Shown one piece after another: positions 20,641 to 29,597 of a stretch of DNA of 64,000 bases. Position 1 is the first letter of the stretch, and every line of letters starts with the position of its first letter. Below the pieces are notes generated by a model. The model was not told where the DNA came from. It ran no database searches and saw only the letters and a list, made by a program, of their open reading frames with translations. Origin of the DNA: Bythopirellula sp. (GTDB taxonomy: Bacteria; Planctomycetota; Planctomycetia; Pirellulales; Lacipirellulaceae). The stretch is from assembly GCA_965216565.1 (NCBI GenBank), contig OZ244170.1, positions 704,001 to 768,000 on the forward strand, written 5' to 3'. The position numbers were made by a program, and so were the translations under genes.

Positions 20641-20916
20641 GATCTAAAACGGCACAGTGCCGGCATGCCTTAGCGGTTTGCCAGTTGTTGCTTGTTGTGG
20701 AATCTTTGCGCAATCACTGTCTGTGAACTTTGTTACGTGCAATCTTGTTAAGTTGCATTCGCTGCGCTCATCGAGCGCGTTAGAAACATCTGGTAAGGAG
20801 TTTTGTGACTCATTAAGTCAAATTTAGGGATCAATTTTGAACTAAGCCAAACACTAGCCTGAGAGCAAATCGGAACTTGTCGTTTGGTTGCAAACATTCA
20901 AGCAGGAGTCATACCG

Positions 20917-22542
20917 ATGAAACGTTGCAAGTGGTCAGCTCTATTAGCGATCCTTCTCATGTTGTCGACCAGTCGTGTGCAGGCAATAGAGACCTTTATT
21001 CTTGGAGACGGTTTCGGTGTGAATGGAATCGCATCGTCTGGGAATGGGAACTTCGAGGCAAACTCGGGAACGCTTTCGTTCGCTGATGTCACAAATTGGC
21101 ACAATATCAGTGGCGACGACTCGGCCGTGAATTTTGGCACCAGCTCAGGCATGGTCGGTAGCCCGGAGCCTTCTTCCCAGGGCGCATTCCTTACGGATGC
21201 CAAAGCTGGAAACGACTTTGGTTACACTATTCTTGCAGGTGATGTGGGTGTTCCGTTCAACGCTCGCCTGGCTTTGCATCGATTTGGCGGAGGATATAGC
21301 GGCAGTGAATTTGTGGAAGTGTCTCTTTTTACGTCTACCACCGGTGTCGACCCGAATACTGTGGCCGGTGATCTTACCACACTTGGTTCAGTGAACATCC
21401 CGATTACTGGCAGTTGGGTTCGAGAAGAGAGACTCAACTTTTACTCACCATCGCTCGCTGACGTGGGAAAAACGGTCTATCTAGGAATAGACTTGGAAGA
21501 TCCAAACGGAGTCGGATCAATTTTTCCACGTATTGATGTTGTTCGACTCTCGAAGGGCGCCGCTGATTCATTCGGCTTGCAATTCAACGCGGCTCTAAAT
21601 CCGGTGAATGGTACTGGACTGTGGGAGCCCAATATTGACACCGCCGCCGGAGGCGCATTTTTCCCAACCGAGTTCTTTACCTTTGGCTCCACCACAAGCT
21701 CTGTCGCTGTAAACGATCCTAGCGTTCCGGGTATCACAGCAAGTTACGATGTTGGTGCTCAAGGTCGACAATTCTTCGATCCGAACACAGGTTCCAACGC
21801 CAATGCCCCAGGCTACCAGGGTGGGTTCGATGCCTCGTTCGAAGTCTGGTTTAAACCGGATGATCTCGCTGGTGGCGATCAAATCATTCTCGAAATGGGT
21901 GGTAGTGGAAACGGTTCGTACTTTAGTCTGGAAGATGACGTCCTTTCGTTCTATTCGCGAAGTGGTGGCGTCAATGGTCCGACGCTGCAAACGACGCTCA
22001 CGACGGCAGAGTGGACTCAAGTGGTTGGCACCTGGGAAGGTTCCACCGAGACGCTTCAACTTTTCGTCAATGGTCAGTTTGTTACCAGTGCCGTTGCAGC
22101 CGGAGACCTAGTCGAATGGGCTGGTGGCAACGCCTGGGGCGTAGGCCAGATTGGCTCATCCGATAATCTGACTGGGCTAGACGACATTGCCACCGGTGGG
22201 CCCTTGGGTTCCGAAACGTCTGCCAACGACTTTGTGTTCGATGGTGAGATTGCCATCATCGAGTTGTATGACAAAGTTTTAAGCGCCTCGGAAGTGACCG
22301 ACGCTTACAACGCGGTTACCGGAATTGCCGGTGACTTCGACAACAGCGGCGTTGTCGATGGCCTCGACTTCCTCCTGTGGCAGACAGACACCAGCATTGG
22401 CGATTTGGCCGATTGGGAAGCCAACTATGGTACCGGCGGACTATCGGCGGCGGGCACGGCAGTACCTGAGCCTAGTGCACTCGCTTTGTTGATCCCACTG
22501 CTATGTGGTGCTGCCCTCCGACGAACTCGCGTCAGCGCATAG
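20917..22542 (+). CDS. PEP-CTERM protein: divergent unknown domain + LamG-like domain + dockerin-like motif (paralogue of 18075..19694)
   Basis: ATG 20917 follows AGGAG; GNGNFE, LFTSTTGVDPNTV, DVGKTVY, FPRIDV; SFEVWFKP; GDFDNSGVVDGLDFLLWQ; VPEP. Confidence 0.88.
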   Translation: MKRCKWSALLAILLMLSTSRVQAIETFILGDGFGVNGIASSGNGNFEANSGTLSFADVTNWHNISGDDSAVNFGTSSGMVGSPEPSSQGAFLTDAKAGNDFGYTILAGDVGVPFNARLALHRFGGGYSGSEFVEVSLFTSTTGVDPNTVAGDLTTLGSVNIPITGSWVREERLNFYSPSLADVGKTVYLGIDLEDPNGVGSIFPRIDVVRLSKGAADSFGLQFNAALNPVNGTGLWEPNIDTAAGGAFFPTEFFTFGSTTSSVAVNDPSVPGITASYDVGAQGRQFFDPNTGSNANAPGYQGGFDASFEVWFKPDDLAGGDQIILEMGGSGNGSYFSLEDDVLSFYSRSGGVNGPTLQTTLTTAEWTQVVGTWEGSTETLQLFVNGQFVTSAVAAGDLVEWAGGNAWGVGQIGSSDNLTGLDDIATGGPLGSETSANDFVFDGEIAIIELYDKVLSASEVTDAYNAVTGIAGDFDNSGVVDGLDFLLWQTDTSIGDLADWEANYGTGGLSAAGTAVPEPSALALLIPLLCGAALRRTRVSA

Positions 22543-22581
22543 CACTTTTTGCCACTTGGCATCATTGTTGATAGGTTATTC

Positions 22582-22620
22582 GGGGCCACTCCGTGTATTC
22601 ACGGGGTGGCCCCCCTATTT
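22582..22620 (+). terminator. Strong hairpin, putative terminator
   Basis: GGGGCCACTCCGTG-TATT-CACGGGGTGGCCCC followed by CCTATTT. Confidence 0.5.
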
Positions 22621-22658
22621 GAGTGTAGGGACTGTACTTGAACAGAGACGAAACTGTC

Positions 22659-25307
22659 ATGCAACTTCAATTCAAGGCTGCTCTGTGCACCGTATTTGTT
22701 CTGGCCACCTTTGCTACGAGTTTACAGGACATCGCACACTCTTCTCCGAACGTTATCGTCATCATCACCGACGACGCAGGTTATGCCGACTTCGGATTCA
22801 TGAACGGCCTCAGCGGCGAGACTTCTGAGATTCCGACGCCAAACCTCGATGCCCTGGCAGCCAGAGGCGTAAAATTCTCCCGGGCCTATGTTGCCGCTAA
22901 TTGCCAACCCACCCGAGCAGCGATCGTCACCGGTGGCTATCAACAACGTATCGGCAACGAGAGCGTGGGAAACAATCTCACTTATGCGGTGGATGACGCC
23001 CAGATTGCGACTCGCGGTTTCGAAGGTGTTCCCGTCGAGACCGACACGATTTGGGACCGCATGAAGGGACTTGGATATTCAACAGGAGCCATTGGAAAGT
23101 GGCACCTTGGTCAGCACGCGGATTCAGCCAATGGCCAGGTGCTGGGTAATCGTCCCCAGAATCAAGGCGTGGACGAGTTCTACGGTTTTTGGCACGGAGA
23201 CCGAAACTACAAATTGGGCACCTACGGGGCTAGCCAGGTAACTCGTTCGCTTCGTGAAACAATAGTCGATCCGAATGGCAACGTCACAGATACGGTTGTC
23301 GAGCACGCCCCGAAGCATACCCAGCCAAGCGATGCATACTTGACCGAGGCTCTGGGAGATTACGCAGTCGACTTTATCGATGACCATCACGATGACGCGA
23401 ACCCATTCTTCCTCTACCAATCATTCGGTGCTCCTCACAAGGTTTGGACTGAATCGCCGGATTACAATGACCCGGCAATCACTCACTTATCCGATCCACG
23501 CCGGAAAGTCGCATCGATGATGATCACGATGGACAAGCAAGTAGGCAGAATCCTCGACAAGTTAGACGACCCCGACGGCGATCCAAACACCAGCGACGGC
23601 ATTGCCGACGACACCTTGGTAGTCTTTATCAATGACAACGGCGGGGTTAACAATAACCCACCGGGGACGGATAACGGAGTCTTGAATCGTTGGAAAGGAT
23701 CTCCGCTGGAGGGTGGAATTCGAGTCCCGATGATTGTGGCCGGCGCAGGCGTCAACGCGGGAGTCGAAGGGACTACCTACACTAAGCCTGTTCACGGCAT
23801 CGACATTCTACCGACGGCATTTGCCGCGGCCGGGGGAACTTTTGGTCCCGCAGAAGACAAAATCGATGGCGTAGACATATTGCCTTTTATCAATGGCACT
23901 GACACTTCCAGTCCCCACGATGTTCTAGTCCATCGCTGGCGAGGAAATTTTGCGGTAGTGAAGGGCGACTGGAAACTCGTCAATAGAAAGAACCATAAGT
24001 CGAATCCGAATCAATATGAACTCTACAACGTTACCAATGATATTGGAGAAACGAATGACGTCATCGGGAATGCAACTCATTCAGCATTGGTTGCTGAGTT
24101 GAAGCGTGATTTGACCAACCACGAGGCGTTTTTTGACAAGCCTCGTTATGCAATCCTCAATCGGACTCCAGAGACAGAACCGCTGAACTTGTTCGACCAT
24201 TTCGTCTTTCGTCCTGGCGTCCATACGGATTGGTCTGGCGGTGCTGAGGATGGTGATCTCGAAACCGATCCGGGAGTTTCAACCAATTGGTTTGAAGCGG
24301 GCACTACGAATCAGAATTTACTTTTTCGTTCAGACTCCTTCGCTGGCGCAGTGCTGGAATTCCCCACACATAGCAGCAACTACACAGCAAATAACGACAT
24401 GGTGCGGAAGACTGGCCTAGAATTCATGCTGAACAAAATCATTCTCAGCGGCACGTTCAACAGTGGGTCGAATCGTTCGGCTACGATCCAGGGCAACAAT
24501 CTCTTGTTCACCAACGATCTGAGTGGCGTTGGCCCTCAATTCGCAGTAGATGCCACCGACACTGGTGGCGGTACCTTTACCTACGATATTGACCTGAACC
24601 TGATCATGTACGACGACCTCACATTCACCGGTGATGGCGACGTAACGGTCAATGTCAACGGCGTGGTCAGCAGTTACTTTGATCCCAGCGGACTCATCAA
24701 AGACGGCACCAGCACTGTTGCTCTAACCGCCAACAACACCTACACCGGCGATACCACGGTGCTGGACGGCACGCTTTCTCTCCAGAACGACTTCCTAGCA
24801 GACTTGGCCGATGTGTTTCTCACCACAGGCGGATTTTTGAACTTGGACTTTATTGGGACCGACACTATCGATTCGCTATTTATCGATGGCTCCACCCAAG
24901 CGGTGGGAACCTGGGGAGCCATTGGCTCGGGAGCGGATAACGAGACGAGTCTTATCACCGGTTCGGGGCTCTTGATGGTTTCGACCCTGGCTGGATTGGC
25001 AGGTGATTTTGACGGCAACGGACGCGTCGACGGTTTGGACTTCCTCAAATGGCAGACTGATGGCCTGTCGGCCAGTGATCTGGCCGATTGGGAAGCTAAC
25101 TACGGGATGGTTGCACCTAACACTGCCAACGTGACCACCGTGCCTGAACCAGCGAGCTGGGCGATTCTAGCTATTGCCGCCTGCCTCTTGGGATATGTTC
25201 GGTCTAGGCCTCTCGAATGCAAACTTAGGCCATTTTCCGTATCGACGCATTCACAATCATACCCAGGAAAGCTCACGTCTAGATTGCAAGAGCCTCCTCA
25301 AGTGTAA
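22659..25307 (+). CDS. PEP-CTERM sulfatase, paralogue of 14522..17635 without the inserted domain
   Basis: PNVIVIITDDAG, CQPTR, GKWH; PATR-like repeat; GDFDGNGRVDGLDFLKWQ; VPEP. Start set to ATG 22659. Confidence 0.92.
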   Translation: MQLQFKAALCTVFVLATFATSLQDIAHSSPNVIVIITDDAGYADFGFMNGLSGETSEIPTPNLDALAARGVKFSRAYVAANCQPTRAAIVTGGYQQRIGNESVGNNLTYAVDDAQIATRGFEGVPVETDTIWDRMKGLGYSTGAIGKWHLGQHADSANGQVLGNRPQNQGVDEFYGFWHGDRNYKLGTYGASQVTRSLRETIVDPNGNVTDTVVEHAPKHTQPSDAYLTEALGDYAVDFIDDHHDDANPFFLYQSFGAPHKVWTESPDYNDPAITHLSDPRRKVASMMITMDKQVGRILDKLDDPDGDPNTSDGIADDTLVVFINDNGGVNNNPPGTDNGVLNRWKGSPLEGGIRVPMIVAGAGVNAGVEGTTYTKPVHGIDILPTAFAAAGGTFGPAEDKIDGVDILPFINGTDTSSPHDVLVHRWRGNFAVVKGDWKLVNRKNHKSNPNQYELYNVTNDIGETNDVIGNATHSALVAELKRDLTNHEAFFDKPRYAILNRTPETEPLNLFDHFVFRPGVHTDWSGGAEDGDLETDPGVSTNWFEAGTTNQNLLFRSDSFAGAVLEFPTHSSNYTANNDMVRKTGLEFMLNKIILSGTFNSGSNRSATIQGNNLLFTNDLSGVGPQFAVDATDTGGGTFTYDIDLNLIMYDDLTFTGDGDVTVNVNGVVSSYFDPSGLIKDGTSTVALTANNTYTGDTTVLDGTLSLQNDFLADLADVFLTTGGFLNLDFIGTDTIDSLFIDGSTQAVGTWGAIGSGADNETSLITGSGLLMVSTLAGLAGDFDGNGRVDGLDFLKWQTDGLSASDLADWEANYGMVAPNTANVTTVPEPASWAILAIAACLLGYVRSRPLECKLRPFSVSTHSQSYPGKLTSRLQEPPQV
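25050..25150 (+). repeat. 101-bp direct repeat, copy 1 (dockerin-like/PEP-CTERM coding cassette)
   Basis: Matches 26291..26391 with 2 mismatches by manual comparison. Confidence 0.9.
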
Positions 25308-25321
25308 ATAAGGACTGATCA

Positions 25322-26464
25322 ATGGAACGGCCCCGGATGGCTTTGCCAATTTGTCTTGCTTCGCATGCAATCTTGACGTGCGCAATATCCGCGAATGCTC
25401 AGGACTGGTCTAGTTATTCTGTTCCAGCAAGCGCGGGAACGGGTCAGCATTGGGTACTAGATCCGAATCTGTCTGACGAATTCAACTACGACAGTGCAAC
25501 TCCCGCAGGCCAATCTGAATTCTTCGCTAACTGGCAGGACTGGAAGCCGAACTTCTTTCTCGGTCCCGGAGCGACATACTTTTCGCAGGAGAATTGGTTT
25601 GTGGATAGTGGTGCTATGACCATTTTTGGTTCTCGAGTTCCTCTGGAAGATCAGATCGTCAATACCTCCGATCCCAATTTCACTCGCACCACCTATACCA
25701 GCTTTATCACCTCCAAAGCCAAGCTCCAACCTGGAAGTTACACCGAGGCCATGATCAAGGGAGGTGGCACTGCCTTGTCGACAAATTTTTGGTTGATCGA
25801 CGACGGGGATGTTACTGAAATTGATGTTCTTGAGATCTACGGAGATACCGATTGGTTTCGTAAGCGGCCAAGAACGAATGCGATCTTTCAGATACGTGAT
25901 CAGAACGGAAATCTGATCCAGAAAATTGGGAGTCAGATGACTCATCCCAACAATGATATCAACTACTCACAAACCTGGCACCGCTATGGGGTTTACTGGG
26001 CCAGTACGACAGATCTTGAGTTTTATATCGATGGCAATCTAGTTCGAACCATCAATCTTCCGAGCGAAGTTGTCGACCCTACCGGGAACTACATGAACAG
26101 AGATCTGCGTCTTATCTTCGATATGGAAGCTCATGCTTGGCGCGGAGCAGCGGGAATTCCTTCTGACGCGGAATTGAATGACTGGAGTATCAACAATATG
26201 CAAATCGATTGGGTCCGCACTTATCGTGCTGCAGAACTAAGCGGCGATTTCGACTCTGACGGACGAGTCGATGGCTTGGATTTTCTCAAGTGGCAGACTG
26301 ATGGCCTGTCGGCCAGTGATCTGGCCGATTGGGAAGCTAACTACGGTATGGTTGCACCTAGCACTGCCAACGTGACCACCGTGCCTGAACCGTCCACATT
26401 GGTACTAATCACTCTTTCACTTGGCCTGATTCGGCGACAATCCAATAGAAACAGAAACGTGTAA
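25322..26464 (+). CDS. GH16 (beta-agarase-like) with dockerin-like motif and PEP-CTERM
   Basis: QDWSSYSVPASAG...LSDEFNY...GPGAT, catalytic E-I-D-V-L-E, WHRYGVYW, IDWVRTY; N-terminus resembles GH16_16 beta-agarases. Confidence 0.85.
   Translation: MERPRMALPICLASHAILTCAISANAQDWSSYSVPASAGTGQHWVLDPNLSDEFNYDSATPAGQSEFFANWQDWKPNFFLGPGATYFSQENWFVDSGAMTIFGSRVPLEDQIVNTSDPNFTRTTYTSFITSKAKLQPGSYTEAMIKGGGTALSTNFWLIDDGDVTEIDVLEIYGDTDWFRKRPRTNAIFQIRDQNGNLIQKIGSQMTHPNNDINYSQTWHRYGVYWASTTDLEFYIDGNLVRTINLPSEVVDPTGNYMNRDLRLIFDMEAHAWRGAAGIPSDAELNDWSINNMQIDWVRTYRAAELSGDFDSDGRVDGLDFLKWQTDGLSASDLADWEANYGMVAPSTANVTTVPEPSTLVLITLSLGLIRRQSNRNRNV
26291..26391 (+). repeat. 101-bp direct repeat, copy 2
   Basis: See 25050..25150. 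Confidence 0.9.
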
Positions 26465-26511
26465 GCGACGTAATCCAAAGCATTTGGTAAATTAGAAGAT
26501 GAGATCGACCT

Positions 26512-27564
26512 ATGAATAAGACTAGCTCCAACACGCTCTCGATCATCTGCAATGGTCGCCTTTTGCGGAAGGCTTTCACGCTTGTAGAACTCCTGGTTGT
26601 GATTGCAATTATTGGAGTTCTAATTGCTCTGCTACTTCCCGCTATTCAGTCAGCCCGCGAGTCGGCCCGGCGGATGCAGTGCATCAACAACCTTAAGCAG
26701 GTACTTTTAGCGACCCTTAACTATGAATCGGCCCGTGAAGAACTCCCGAGAGGCTCCCTCCTCATTGAAGAAAACAGTACCGGCGGCTTCGATCGAGTTG
26801 AGCAGCCAGGTGTTTTGGCTACCATACTCCCTTACGCTGAAAACTCGGCGTTGCACGGCCTTGTCGACTTCAACAAGAGCACCAACCAGTTGATACCTGG
26901 AACCACTCAAAATGTTGGCTCGATTGAGGTGGGAATGTACACCTGTCCCAGTGACCCAACAGAGCGAGTTGCGGAAAACCCAAACGCTACCGGCAGTGCC
27001 GTGGGGCTATTGTGGGCTATGACGAGTTACGCCGCGTCCAACGGTTCAGGAAGACTAGCCGACAACTCCGGTTGTTCATGTAACAAGCAACTCGAGTGGA
27101 ATGCATTCGCAGAATATCCCAAAAACCCAAACTTGAACGTAGTCAACGATTTCAAAAAACTCGATGAATACAGCGGACCATTTTCCAGGTTTGCCTTCCC
27201 GACCAAGCTGCGTCAGATAACCGATGGGACCTCGAATACAATATTCTTCGGAGAAGTCCGTCCCGACTGCTCCAATCATGTCCGCCGTGGATGGTTTCAC
27301 ACAAATAACGGCAGCGGTTTGGTAAGTACCATCGTTCCAATCAATTGGGATAGTTGCCAACTAGAAAGCAGTAGCGCTGATGGCTGTAACAAGCCGTGCA
27401 ACTTCAATTCTGAATTAGGCTTTAAATCGCTTCATCCTGGTGGTGCAAACTTCGGATTGGGGGATGGAAGTGCACATTTCATCTCCGAGAGCATTGATAC
27501 TTGGGCCTTTCAGTATTTAGGTGGTAAAGCGGATGGCCAAATTATTGTTGGCCATGAGTTTTAA
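26512..27564 (+). CDS. DUF1559 prepilin-type N-methylation domain protein
   Basis: AFTLVELLVVIAIIGVLIALLLPAIQSARE; CPSD; DGTSNTIFFGE; HPGGANFGLGDGS. Confidence 0.95.
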   Translation: MNKTSSNTLSIICNGRLLRKAFTLVELLVVIAIIGVLIALLLPAIQSARESARRMQCINNLKQVLLATLNYESAREELPRGSLLIEENSTGGFDRVEQPGVLATILPYAENSALHGLVDFNKSTNQLIPGTTQNVGSIEVGMYTCPSDPTERVAENPNATGSAVGLLWAMTSYAASNGSGRLADNSGCSCNKQLEWNAFAEYPKNPNLNVVNDFKKLDEYSGPFSRFAFPTKLRQITDGTSNTIFFGEVRPDCSNHVRRGWFHTNNGSGLVSTIVPINWDSCQLESSSADGCNKPCNFNSELGFKSLHPGGANFGLGDGSAHFISESIDTWAFQYLGGKADGQIIVGHEF

Positions 27565-27628
27565 ATAGCGCGTGATTCTCGGCTGATTCTAAAAACTCCT
27601 GAGCTGGTTGAGTTTTTGGAAGACGTAC

Positions 27629-28049
<421 letters not shown>

Positions 28050-28137
28050 AAACTCTGATAGAATAAGAATGTTAGCCCTGAACTAGGGCCATTGTCAATG
28101 CGGGAGTGGGCCCAAAAAGCGAGGAGCTGTCGAGAAC

Positions 28138-29193
28138 TTGGAACTGGCTATCAATAGTATTGTCTCGGCGATCCACCTCATGGCCATGGGCGTTGCGTCC
28201 GCAGGGCCATTAATATGTCTCCTTCTCAGCTGGCGTTCAGGCGAGGCCGATTTGGTCTCCCCCCGCGTGGGCCACCGGCTGGCATGGATTTCTGTGATAG
28301 GCCTCGCACTCGGCGTTGGCACCGGCGCGATTTCTCTGTTTTTGGTCCCTGAGAGATACTGGGACGTGTTGCGACAGATTCCCGAGCGGGCACTCTGGTT
28401 CGCGCTCGCAGAACTATTATTCTCGCTAGTTTGTTTGCTCGTCTATGCCTGTTGTTGGGCCTGCTGTTGGAAAAAAAAGTGGCAAGCTCCTTGGTTCGGA
28501 AACCTCATCGCATTCGCTTCCGCGACAAACCTGCTCTATCATTTCCCGCCACTGATGATCGTCCTAGGTCAACTCGCCTCGGGTTCGGCTCGAACAGATT
28601 CCGAGACACTCGACCGCGCTGCATTATTGGAACTGTTCTATCGTCCCGAAGTGATTGCCCCCTGGCTACACTTTAGCCTGGCGGCGATTGCATTCTCGGG
28701 GGGAGTGGCTTTATGGTTGTTCGAGGGAGCAATGAGTGATACGCAACCAGAGCCGTCCGCCACGAAACACACCCGCTCGGTGGCAGGCATTGTGTTCTTG
28801 GTGAGCCTGTTGCAACTACCAACGGGGCTGTGGTTGCTAACAACCATTCCCAATCATTCGCGTTCGGCGATTATGGGTAGCGCCCCTCTGGCCGGCCTGG
28901 TGTTTCTAGGCGCCATGATGGTTATGTTTATGCTATTGGGGCGTCTGTTGAAAATTGCGTTAGGTGAATTCGAAAAAGGAGATCTGAAAATGGCCTTCGT
29001 GATGATCTGTCTTATCGTCTTTTTGATGACAACCTCAACGCGAATCTCGCGAGATCACTCTTCTATTTCGCTCGATTCCTTCGAAGAACCACCGCTCTCC
29101 TCTTCTTTGTCTTCACCCTCTTTTTTGGGCTCTTTCTTTACCTCTTCTAAAGGCCCGCCGGGAAGCTTGTTCGCTTTGATCAAGTCGCCGTAG
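28138..29193 (+). CDS. Polytopic membrane protein, unknown function
   Basis: About 8 hydrophobic segments with His residues in or near TM helices; 3' end overlaps the convergent gene. Confidence 0.7.
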   Translation: MELAINSIVSAIHLMAMGVASAGPLICLLLSWRSGEADLVSPRVGHRLAWISVIGLALGVGTGAISLFLVPERYWDVLRQIPERALWFALAELLFSLVCLLVYACCWACCWKKKWQAPWFGNLIAFASATNLLYHFPPLMIVLGQLASGSARTDSETLDRAALLELFYRPEVIAPWLHFSLAAIAFSGGVALWLFEGAMSDTQPEPSATKHTRSVAGIVFLVSLLQLPTGLWLLTTIPNHSRSAIMGSAPLAGLVFLGAMMVMFMLLGRLLKIALGEFEKGDLKMAFVMICLIVFLMTTSTRISRDHSSISLDSFEEPPLSSSLSSPSFLGSFFTSSKGPPGSLFALIKSP

Positions 29194-29534
29194 GTGGGGC
29201 TCTTCTTGTCTTTTGGGTCAGTGTGGATTTTCTCCACCTTCTTTAGTGCAGCAATGATCTTCTCTTTGTCTTTCTTGTCTTTCTTCTTGTCGAGCAGCTT
29301 CTCTAGTTCTTTTCCATAAGGGTTTTGGTTTTTTCGCTTCTTGCCTTGATGACAGACGTAGCAGCCTGTCTTATTGCTCTTGATTAGCTTGGCGAACTCT
29401 TTGTCCGTCTCGTCGTTTATGTAGAGCTTCTCGAATTCCTTCTTGAATCCGATAATCGCCTGGGCCTCCTGAGGAATACTGCAGAGTGCCCAACTTCCGC
29501 ATAGGCAGGTAATAATCAGTCGTCGCATCATCAA
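29055..29534 (-). CDS. Secreted Lys-rich monoheme c-type cytochrome-like protein
   Basis: Signal peptide (AQA), CYVCH (CxxCH), NPYG motif, K/D/E-rich. Confidence 0.75.
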   Translation of the reverse strand: MMMRRLIITCLCGSWALCSIPQEAQAIIGFKKEFEKLYINDETDKEFAKLIKSNKTGCYVCHQGKKRKNQNPYGKELEKLLDKKKDKKDKEKIIAALKKVEKIHTDPKDKKSPTYGDLIKANKLPGGPLEEVKKEPKKEGEDKEEESGGSSKESSEIEE

Positions 29535-29597
29535 AGTCTCTCCTCATTATTTCTTCAATAGACTCGGCATTAATACTAAACCTAAGGAACCGGATAT

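Noticed and set aside
20806..20820. TGACT-N5-AGTCA palindrome upstream of 20917
   Set aside because: Short, single copy and unlike the GntR motif; could be chance.
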